In this document: positions 16,812 to 27,557 of the stretch, piece by piece | How the letters are laid out: each line of letters opens with the position of its first letter | Numbering within the stretch: the first letter of the stretch is position 1 | Origin: Asterias rubens | Lineage: Eukaryota | DNA length: 64,000 nucleotides | Direction: 5' to 3' | NCBI RefSeq assembly: GCF_902459465.1 | Contig: NC_047071.1 | Span: 3,534,001-3,598,000 of the forward strand | Position numbers and translations under genes: made by a program | Notes under the pieces: generated by a model | What the model was told of the DNA's origin: nothing | The model's database searches: none | The model's input: the letters and a program-made list of their open reading frames with translations, nothing else

Positions 16812-19305
16812 CGTGTCTTCAAGAAATAAAAGACAAAGAAAGAATGAATACATCATAGAGCAAGCTTGCTCTATGATTGCATGCACATGAAGTGAAAATA
16901 CAATATGTGTGTAGCACGGTAAGGATGCTCTTTTAAAAGGATGGGGTTTGTAGATTTATGAATAGATGTACGACCAACATCGTCAGTTAATTATTATCGT
17001 CTACATCCTCCAAAAAATCTTTTCATTATCATAAATACAATGCATTTCTAAGCAGTGTGTTTATGTATTAAACTAGGCTAACATGCCACACACCCTGCCT
17101 TTACACAAAACAAACAATCAATCTTACCTTAAGAAAATCGAAAAGCTCAAAAAAGTCAGACAAATTAGTGAAGTAAGAAGTAGCTCGAACAATCAGACAA
17201 GTGCTCCTGCTAAGAAAAGTGTGGAAGTGATTGGTAACCTGGAGTGTCTATTCTATTTCAATCAGATTTAACATAACACACTTGTATTACACGATGTTGG
17301 TTTTAATTTCAAAGGAACAATGTGACCATCAACTTCCTTGTGGTAGTTTCTAAGCAAGTTCCTGTAACTAAAGGACTCTACTTTTGTAATCAAACAGACA
17401 ATTTCCGACAGTATTGGTTGCCGATACTACGATACTACTCCTTGTCACAATGATTATAGGTGTGGTCTATTGCAAATGGTTTGTTTTGGTTTCGAGAAAA
17501 ATGTTTTCAAACAGGATAACGCAGGACACAGCAAACAGGATACAGCACAGAACTGTTTACGATAACTATTAATAGATATTGCATCACAACCAGGAGGAAT
17601 AAAACATCCCTTGGCGAGACAAACAAACAATATACTTTAAGGGTGTTTAGGCAATGTAATTCCATCATGCGGCGAGTCCAAAACTAGTTTGGGTAAAAGG
17701 GGCTTTTTTACCAAATGAAAAAGAGGAACAACCATTTACATTTTCTATCATTCATTTTGTAATTTTTAATTCACAAAAACTAACATTTAGACGCAAATAT
17801 TTCCGGTGGTTTTGGGCGTTTCATTCCAAAAAATGCAAAACTTTGTGGTTCTGTTTTATGTTATCTTCTTCCCATTTTTTTAATTATTGTACGTGTCAAG
17901 CCTTCAGCTTTTCAATCCAGCCCAATGTGCGGCTAATTAAAGAACCAGTTTGTCTTCTTATAAATAGAACCATTACACGGAAGCGTCATGGCAAACTCGT
18001 GATTGCCGGATTAAAACTCAGTGTCTCCCATCTCTTCCGCTGGGACACTTACGGAAAGATTTCAAAGTATTTCAAGTCTAGTTTGGTCAAGGTGAATAAT
18101 GCTGTTTTAATGCCAAATTATAAACAAAAACACAATTTAAAGGTCACAGTTAAACATAAGTTTCCTCTAAATACTGTGTTTACTTGATGAGTAAACAGTA
18201 AAATTAGCCACTGTATTTTCATGAAGAACGTGAAATATATCCACGTTTCTGAGGTGACAGTATGGTACCAACCGCATCTCTAGCCGCAGGGGTTATACGC
18301 AGCCACCACGGACATTTGAATCTTTGAGATCCAAATGTTTGGATATACATGAACTTGTAATTATTTAAAACCTACAGGGCATTTCCGAAATGGGAAAAAA
18401 AAAATCACATTTTTTTTAGCGGTCACTACCAACATGGTAAGACCATTGACCCTGTTTCCACAGCTCATGATTCAATTGCGAAAGGTGCCTGACGCTGCGA
18501 CCCATTGCGAGCCTTTTTCAATAGCTGTAGGGAAAGACTGTTGTGATCGAAATGTGAAGTAGGAACAATATTTGTCTTTTTTTAGACAAGTCATTTTGGT
18601 TATCTGTCTGCAACTGCACCTTACTCCTTCCTTCTTCCTGTTTGACTATCAAATTGAAAACCACTATTCGCCAAGAATACACGTGACACTGATGACAAGA
18701 AAGAGTTGAGATTTATCAGATGTCGGTCAGCACGGTCTACGGGTCACAGTGATTTAGGCGCGATTGTTGCCCTTGGCGCATATGGTAGTTTTGCCCAAAG
18801 ATCGTGAAGCGCCGCGTACGATGTTTGATTTTGCCATTTGTTGTACATTTACTGATTAATACATAATGGAACATTTATTTAGCAACATTTTAAAAATCTC
18901 TTGATCCTAAACACGATCTATGTGAGCCAACGTACTGTGTGAAGCGTCTTGAACACTTTTACCATTAATACTGACAATCTTAGCCTACTCAATACCATAA
19001 AGGAAACAGATTGTCTTGAATAAGGTGTCCTTATTTTACATCTTGCATACTATTAACACACAGTAGATACTGATCGTAACACAATGTGTCATTAAATGAA
19101 CTTCTACCCATCAGGTTATAAGATTTCAATACATACATGTAGTTTATTTCTGGCGACAAAGAGCAACAAGGTAACAACACAGCAAGGTCAAATAAAAAGG
19201 TCAAAATAAACAAACAGATTCACACTTTTTATATAAACACAAATTATTGATATATAAAAATTTATTTAGTATTTCATAAAATGCGTTGATAGAAGTAATA
19301 TATAA

Positions 19306-19555
19306 TGCGTTCGATTAGCTTCCGTGTGTCGACCCCGCGGTGCTCACTCGGGTGAGCCCCTGACAAGAGCTAATCGAACGATCACACTCGCCCTCTAGCG
19401 GTGACGCCATGCACCTCGGGCCAGCCCCAAGTGACCCGTTCCACAAGCAGGGCAATTGGGGGCTGACCCAGGTGAGCCCCTGAAATGACATCAAAGCTAT
19501 TCGAACGTACCCCGGGGGCAGACCAGGGTCGACCCAGGGAAGCTAATCGAATGCA
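19306..19555. mobile_element. MITE with TGCGTTCGATTAGCTTCC TIRs
   Basis: Inverted termini TGCGTTCGATTAGCTTCC / GGAAGCTAATCGAATGCA around a GC-rich body with internal repeats. No clear TSD. Confidence 0.65.
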
Positions 19556-20426
19556 CTCATATTTTGAGACCTGTATTAGAGCAGCACAAGCAAACATCAA
19601 TTTTAACTTCATAGAGCTAGCTCTTTCAGGACAAATACGTGTACCAGTTTCACAAACTAATCGTTGCGTATATATCAGCAGGGAACCAGTCAACAATACC
19701 AATGACATCATATTTCTGGCTGGTAACCCTTTTCTACTGATCAAAATGAGTTTGTGTTTACCCAGTACTAAATCAACATCAGACATGTTGTCAAACAATT
19801 TGACTCTTCAGTAAAAGACTAAGACCTGCTATTTAACCTCATACATAGTGGCCCAATCTTTTGCATTAGTAAAATATGGTTGGCTTATACATTTGTTGAT
19901 GAATATTAAATTGCAATACATCACAAAAGTCTCCATCCTGAGAATGAATGGATTCAAGACAAACTCAGTATATTTTTAGTCAGAGTAGAGAAATATCCAA
20001 CATTTAGCCTTTATTTTACTGGTCCGTCAGCTTTTGCACTTGTTCATAATTCATATTGAATAGGCATGCTTTTTTTTAACACTGAACTAGCCAGCAGACA
20101 GGATCAATTGGAGAGAATTCTGACTGGTCCTCATGTGTCTTATCTGCCATCTGGCCAGCGGACCACTTTTAAGCGAGAACACTGCCACTGTCCAAGCCAT
20201 TATTAAAGACACAGCCTTAATTTTCCTTTTGATGTTATACACGTCCAACCCCTTCATCGATGACTTTTGACCCCTTAAAACATGGCTTATTGATAGTCAC
20301 AGCATTATAATTACCCCCCCCAACACTTCTGAGGAGTTCAGGGTATATTTTCAATGGTGTTTAAAATGGCACACATAAGATAAGGTCTAGTCTGGTTCCA
20401 GGTACTGTAATCTAGTTCCTACCTCA

Positions 20427-22692
20427 TCACTTATTCATAGGGGCCTTCTCTCCTTTCCATAGCTCTTTAAGATCTACAGCACACCCAAGATCTCTTAGAG
20501 CAGCTTTGGCTTCATCTTCACAGTCACTGTTAGCTCTAGCTGCCTGGATTAAAGCCTCTGCTCCTAGCGCTACGATCGCAGAGCAATACTCTCGAGAACG
20601 GGCTACTAGATTACGCAGAGCCATACACGCTTGTTTCTGTAAATACAATCAAATACAACAACTACTTAAATCCCCAAAAATAGTCCATATTATTTACTTG
20701 ACAGTGTCTCAGTGTGTCTAATAGTTTTTTGTTTTTTTAAATAGTTTATTTAACAATCAATAAATCACCAATCAATTAATCATCAACCAATCAATCATTC
20801 ACTCATCAATCAGTCAATAGTTGATCAATTGATTTGAATGCAAAGAACAGAAGATGCTGCAGATTATAATGTCTATTCAGTTCGATTAAAAACTCACATT
20901 TATTTCCTTTAAAATGTCTATTGATACACTACCAGACATCTGATACGCCTGTATACAGTGTCTTATGTATTCAATTGAATTCCTTTACCTGCATAGCTGG
21001 TACCTTAGGATGTATCTGCATTGCTTGTATAATAACTGGTGCCCATCCAGCTTCCATTACCATCGTACAATGTAATGGGTTTCTTAGAGTGATAGCAGCC
21101 GAGGCAGCAAATCCTGCCTCACAAACCTGAGAAAGAAAACAAGACACTATCGATCACTCTAAACTACTAGGGAGTACACTAGGGTTTTAAACTAATGGTG
21201 AGAGTATAATAAGGTGAGGTTTGCGGCAGCACCAAGCGTAAACCTCTTTTGAGTATTGTTGGTTCTGAAAAGAACTGGTGGTTGACAACTCAACGTTTCA
21301 ATCAAGAGATCTGAAGAAGTCCGAGCATCCCAAAGACGATCAAAGCATATTGAAAAAAAAAACCACACAAACACTTTACTTACCCCTGCGTGTTTAATAT
21401 GTCGACTCACAGCTTGTATAAGAATTAGAGCTCCTCCAGAATTCATGATGGCAACTTTGACTTGATCATTCCCAGCTATAGCCTTCAGCATGCTCATAAC
21501 TTGCTTCACAATAGCCTAGGAGTGAAAGAATCAGTTAGTTTTTTTTAACATACATGTAGTACGTTTGTTTAACTTTTATTTAAAGGCAGTGGACACTATT
21601 GGTAATTACTCAAAATAATTATTAGCATAAAACCTTACTTGGTGACAAGTAATAGGGAGAGGTTAAATGGTATAAAACATTGTGAGAAACGGCACCCTCT
21701 GAAGTGCCATAGTTTCCGAGAAATAAGTAATTTTTCACAAACTTGATTTCGAGACCTCAGATTTAGAACTTGAGGTCTCGAAATCAAAACGCACACACCT
21801 TCGTGTGACAAAGGTGTTTTTTTCTTTCATTCATATCTCGCAAATTCGATGACCGATTGAGCTCAAATTTTCACAGGTTTGTTATTGTATGTATATGTTG
21901 GGATACACCAACTATGAAGGCTAGTCTTTGACAATTATCAATAGTGTCCACTGCCTTTAACCCTTTAAAATGTAAAATCAGTAAATTATATTGCTTGAAT
22001 GAATGAGTTAAAACACAAAATGTGAAAACTATTATTGGCAAAGGGCCAACATTCAATCACTCTGTGTTGTTTATTTCATACGGGTGGCCCCATTTAGTGG
22101 AACAAACTAGTGAGTCTAAGCATAAACACATGTAAACAAATACAGTCAATTTTCAAATACATAAAATGCATGACTAGGCCTACAAACAATTGACAATAGT
22201 TATTACAAATAACACTGTATTAAATAGAGTAATACAATAAACACAAATACAACAAATTATCATCAGGTCAGGAGTGGGGAATTCAAAGAGAGATGAATGC
22301 AAATCTTAAGACAATCAAAATCACACAGTATTCATAGTACATTAAACACATAACATGTACTGGCTGGTATCCATCGGAACATTTTAAAATACATAACAAA
22401 ATAAAACATAAATTATGCATATTCAATTCAATTCAATTCATCAATATAGACAGTTGTTTTCATAAACTCAAAAAAATATAAAATTTTAAAAATTCACAGG
22501 TACAATGCAAGTTACATTGCTAAGTAATCAAGAATCAAAATATTATGAAAACAAAACAACTGTACCAATTATTTCACTTTGTTCATATCCATGTCAACAA
22601 AGAACATAAAGAAAATAGATTACACTTATAAGTAAGTTGACAAAGAATAGTAGTTAAACTCTAATAGATTGTACATAGGTACAACATTTAGC

Positions 22693-22725
<33 letters not shown>

Positions 22726-25402
22726 TAGATTCATATGGCGCACTTATCCAGAAAACCTGTTCAAGGCGCCTACAAAAAGAAACAATGCTTCACACTTTAT
22801 TCTATTGATCCCTTGCACAACTCGCTCCCAAAAAAGCATGTCTGCCATTTTGGGAGTCAATTCCTTTAAGTAAATTTTGACTCCCATAATGGTGGACCGT
22901 ATAGGCGTCTGTAAAGTGTGCTCCATGTCTGGGAAAAGTTTCAATATTAATCAATGAGACAAATCGAAAAAACTTTCCCCACAATGGACCCTTCCCATGA
23001 AATATGCTAATCACATTCACGCATGCGTACAGACCCTGTTGGTTGGCACCCGCCATAGAGTTGTGCACTAAGCAGACGCGCAATTTCGTCTGCGTCACGC
23101 ATCCATTAGCCGTGTACAAAACAGCGCGATGTTCCCTCATTTTGCCAACCAAAACGTTAGAACGCATGCGCTATGTGCAATTTACATATTTCATGGGACG
23201 GGTCTTTTCAAACCAACACCTACCCGACTATTGATGTGATCATTCAATACTTGTAGGACGAGCTTCAATCCTCCAAGATCAACGATTTCTTGACAGAATT
23301 CATTACGTACGGCTAACCTCCCAAGAGTTAAGCTCAGGTCACCAGCAACAGATGCGTCTCCAACGTGGACTGTATCAAAAGATTAAATTAGACGTAAACA
23401 ATTATCATAGCCAGTTACATAGCAGTAACAGTCTGGATGGCTTCGGACTGACACCCCTGAACAAAGATACTGACAAAAAAGGAGATCCCCAACATTCGGC
23501 CTAAATAGTTCAGTTGTAGAGTGCTGGCACGTTACTCTGGAGGTGGCAGGTTCGAACCCGACTCAACTCATTTACCTTTGTTCAATCCAAAGTTTGTTAA
23601 TAGATGCCCAGTCAGTTTCCCTTGTGGTTTATAACTTGATAAGTAGAATGTTACATTAACCAAATTTTCATATTCTCAAAGGCTGTACAATTCAAATGAT
23701 ATTTGCTATTCTCTCTTAAGATTTGTACTTTCAAAGGCTAGTTAATTCAAATGATATTTGCTATGCTCTCTTAAGATTTGCCGTTAAAAAACCTTCAGAG
23801 ACCACATCAGAACTCTACCAAAAGTATTCTGATTAAAGTTATTCTAATCGGAAGGTGCTCGCCAAGTTCAATTTATGTCTTTCTTAAAAACAATGTATTA
23901 ATTTATAAAGGATGAGAGCCAAGTAGACTTACTTTTCAGGGTGTCTAGAATTGTTTTTAACGCTCCAGCTTCTACTATCATCTTAGCATGATCATGAGCT
24001 TTGCCAAATGGAACACGAACATCATCATCATTGGTCAAGACACGCAGAGCTCCACAAGCTTCCTTAATCACCTCCTTAGACTGATTGTTATCTTGAATTA
24101 CTCCCATTAATAATGTAATAAGATCAGCTTTGACAAAACCTCTCCGATTCATCTCATGCATTATGCATGAGAGGCGGACAGTCCTGACGCACGATTTGGT
24201 GATTACTTCTGATGTCACATCTTCTTTAAGGATGTTACACAGCATGTCGATTCCCTCTGTATCCATCAAGTCTGGTTGGCCGTTCAATAAAGCAGACAAG
24301 GTATCTAGTACAATAGGCAGCATCGTCGCATCCTTACGATATTTCTGCACCAAATACTTCATCGTTGGAAAAGCCTTGTTGCCGCCTGCCGCAATACGAT
24401 GAGAAATGTCAATGCTACATTCTGATGAAAATTTGCCAAGAGCTGCTTGAATCGTTTTCTCATCTGTAATGACTCCTTGTAAGACTTCATTGAGCTCATC
24501 TAAGGATTGGAGGACTGGATGTCTGCTAGATGAACCATTTTCACCGTCCGCTTTTGGAACTGCTTTAATTATGTTGATTAAATCAACACCTGCAATATGT
24601 CAGATAAAAAATACAAAACAAACCATGTAACTAGTATTACTATTAGTATTTCCTTTGTTTCATTATTATTGTAAATATCAATTATCATAGAAACCTCACA
24701 CCCAGTCACAGAGAAAGCACAATATCTTTGGGAAAACTTGTACAGCTTTACTAGGTATTTTAATTTAAGTATAATTTTCATTGAAGACAGTGCAAGGAGC
24801 AGTTTTTACCGGGAAAATGAAATGGACTGTACAGTTTAATTAATTGGATAACTTTCCGTATGGCGCCACCACATTTTCACTCATTTTTACAAAAAGGGAT
24901 ATCGCATTGAGGTAAATTAGATACTATATTATTTGAGATCGATTGAAAAAGTGGTGGCGCCATACGGAAACTTTTCCAATTAATTTATAATATAGCTTTA
25001 TAATAATAAACATCAAGTTCTGACAACCAGTTTATACTACACTAGTCTAGACTAGTATTACTATTTAGCAATGTATCTGGCTGGGGCGTTGCACCCCTTC
25101 TCCAAAATGTTGACGTCTGTGGTCGTAGTGGTAGTAGTTACTACCAGTAGTTTTAAGCTAGTAAAGCACACGACCGCAGATGTCAAAATTGTGAGAGAAA
25201 AAGTGCAGCCGCGAGCCTAATGTCTTGACTGGGGTGATCGTGACTAGGTAATTTTTGGCTCATCCAAAAATAAATAAACACCTTGTGATTTGAACTGTTC
25301 CACTGCATCATTTAACGCCTCCTCTGGTGACATTTCAAACTCCTCGATGTTCTCCTTCACAACAGCATCAAAGGTATCCTGTGTTATACGCTTGGCGGTC
25401 AT
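20427..25402 (-). CDS. ARMC6: Armadillo repeat-containing protein 6
   Basis: Exons 25402-25282 ([30 protein letters not shown]), 24589-23933 ([19 protein letters not shown]), 23369-23224 ([17 protein letters not shown]), 21515-21384 ([10 protein letters not shown]), 21126-20989, 20636-20427 ([14 protein letters not shown]...[10 protein letters not shown]). All phases are consistent. Confidence 0.95.
21584..21956 (-). mobile_element. Kolobok-like MITE family 1 (ARMC6 intron)
   Basis: TIRs and TTAA flanks intact. Confidence 0.85.
22693..22760. repeat. (AAT)n run adjoining a SINE/LINE-type 3' end
   Basis: (ATA)n followed by TATGGCGCAC...AAGGCGCC. Similar ends at about 57245-57310 and 62295-62365. 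Confidence 0.6.
22987..23204. mobile_element. MITE with GACCCTTCCCATGAAATATG TIRs (ARMC6 intron)
   Basis: GACCCTTCCCATGAAATATG ... CATATTTCATGGGACGGGTC. Confidence 0.6.
23508..23645 (+). mobile_element. tRNA-derived SINE (third family)
   Basis: A-box-like TAGTTCAGTTGTAGAG, B-box GGTTCGAACCC, then CTTTGTTCAATCCAA. Related fragment at about 54480-54575. Confidence 0.55.
24841..24982. mobile_element. Short MITE, TTCCGTATGGCGCCACCAC TIR family
   Basis: Inverted termini of about 30 bp. Related copies at about 48218-48300 (partial), 49479-49610 and 52075-52206. Confidence 0.75.
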
Positions 25403-25483
25403 TTTAAAGCAATTTTATGTTACTTTTTGTGTCTAACTTTACTCAATTCGAGGTTTCTGTTGCATGGGTACAATTAACATTAA

Positions 25484-25536
25484 CAGCGCCACCTATAGTT
25501 CATTACTTAATAATGGAAAGCGCCCTCTTTTGGCGA
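25484..25536. promoter_or_regulatory. Two CTCF-like motifs upstream of ARMC6
   Basis: CAGCGCCACCTATAG (25484) and AAGCGCCCTCTTTTGG (25518) resemble AGCGCCCYCTNGTGG. Motif match only. Confidence 0.4.
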
Positions 25537-26247
25537 ATAGTCCTCATGTTATTCTGACAACAGGAACTTCCATCCGATGACCCTTTATACTAGGCCAGAA
25601 AAAAACGTTATGTGCAGGCATTTTGATAACATCCACCATTCACTCATAAAGTTTGACTATGGCGAAACATCATTTGCTGATTTTTTACAAATTTTATCAA
25701 CAAATATTGTCGACTCAGGAGTCAGAAATGTTTAAAATGATTGGTCCCCTGGGAGCGCCAACATCATAGTGTGCTTAGGGGAGACTCGTTGGGTTGGGCA
25801 CAGAGAATGCTTTCCTCCGTGTAGAAAATCTTTGCAACTCCAACCAACGTACCATCCCTCTTTGTCGAACCGAAAGATACAAAAAGCCAATTATCATTCT
25901 TATCATTACGCGTTTTGTATTAAGTAGATATCTTTTATTCTTTGTTTTATTGACTTGTGCACGTCACTACTTTCACTCACCTCTTTTTCAATTCAGATGT
26001 AGGTCTATATTCGGCCCCTGGGCTGCGAGATTTGAATTTTTGTAAAAAGCTAATAATTTGAAGTTAGAGGTCTATAATTATCAGTAGGCCCTATTCAAAC
26101 CCAGAAATAAAGCTACTAATAGCATACAATCCAGGGTCCAGGCTTGTACAAGCCTAGGCTTTTTCCTGGTGCCCTCCTCTTTTTTCACCCTTTGTTCGTT
26201 TTTCTTGTATGTTTTATGTATATTTATTGTGATATTTGGAAATAAAA

Positions 26248-26281
26248 AACAAACAAACAAACAAACAAACAAACAAACAAT
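26248..26281. repeat. (AAAC)n microsatellite
   Basis: Read directly. Confidence 0.9.
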
Positions 26282-26778
26282 CAAGCTTACACATTAAGTT
26301 TTATTTATAAAATTCATATACCGTGTCGGACCAATACACACACATTAATGCACAATCTTATAAACGGGATAAAATATCCATGCTAAACAAAATGAAAATG
26401 GAAAAATAATAGTAAGCAGGAAGAATAATGCTCACTGAGTGGAATACAATGGTTGCGCGTCTTTTCTATTGGCTGATGGTTTTCTTCTTGCAAAATAATA
26501 ATTCATATCCATAAGAATGTTGTAAAAACAAAGCGCTTAATAACATAAAATAAACTTTTTGTGACCCTGATGAAGTTATCCTGAAGACTTTGAGACATGT
26601 AGTTCTTTTAAAATTTAACAACTGAGTAAATTTGTAAAGAGTTTTTAGTCATGATCAATCATGATATACTCTGTATAAATGAAACAATACATAAACAAAT
26701 AAACAAGCAGGACGTTGTAAACATTAGTTTGTCATTAATTCACTTTTTTTGAACCACCTGAAAGCCTCGGTTTCTTAA

Positions 26779-26935
26779 TGTTTATTTGTGCGACGATAGA
26801 AGAAACTAAAGTAGGCCTAAACAACTGATTTGTTTATTTGTGCGACGATAGAAGAAACTAAAGTAGACCTAAACATTTTATTTGTTTATTTGTGCGACGA
26901 TAGAAGAAACTAAAGTAGACCTAAACAACTTATTT
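26779..26935. repeat. Tandem repeat, 3 x 52 bp
   Basis: TGTTTATTTGTGCGACGATAGAAGAAACTAAAGTAGRCCTAAACA units starting at 26779, 26831 and 26883. Confidence 0.9.
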
Positions 26936-27557
26936 GATGGAAGAATTGTAGTTTCTTGTAAAGCGTTATAGTATTCAGCGAAATTTAAACAAAATAACAC
27001 ATTATTCTGCAAAGCACCTCAGAATCCCTAGCATAATCAACTTGCTTGGATGAATGTCCAACCTTTTCTAAATGGCTACTAAATAAAGAGTTCGGCGAAT
27101 CCCATATTACGATGAGAAGAGACGCGTGTAACTCGGAGTCATCATGATGCAATACTATTGTATACATGTCCGAAATAGGGAAATCATTTTTTGTCAAAAT
27201 GTCTTAATTTAATTTTAAAGTATCATGTTGATTGAGATGTTCGGTTACACTTTGTTTTTTAATTCACACCCATAGCTGATTTAAAAAAAAAAAAAAAACA
27301 ATAACAAAATTAGTAGGCCCCTAAACATGAAGTAGAATTTGAATTTTTTTGCATTGTGGGAGTATCATTAGGCGATGTGTAATCTCTTTGGAGTAGTTTT
27401 GGTTCTAGAAGAACCAGTGGTTGACAGTCAGAGCATACTGATCGAAACATTGAGTTAACAACCACCGTATTTTCAGATCTACCACTAATACTCAAAAATA
27501 GACTTTCCTCAACAGCTCATTAGCCAACTGTCATAAAATTAAAAGCAACACCAATTA

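Noticed and set aside
16812-16886. N-terminal extension MHAIIEQACSMMYSFFLCLLFLEDT of the otopetrin ORF
   Set aside because: It reads as an intronic polypyrimidine tract plus AG acceptor; ATG 16811 is the better start.
19382-19814. Overlapping 138-aa and 109-aa ORFs
   Set aside because: They span a GC-rich MITE and adjacent repeat fragment, with no recognisable domain or splice context.
23508-23570. Possible tRNA gene (also 44230-44311 and 60453-60525)
   Set aside because: A and B boxes are present but there is no clean cloverleaf, and each continues into a repeated body or tail, so these are SINE heads.
26779-26935. CRISPR-like direct repeats
   Set aside because: Units are contiguous with no unique spacers, the context is eukaryotic, and there are no cas genes.
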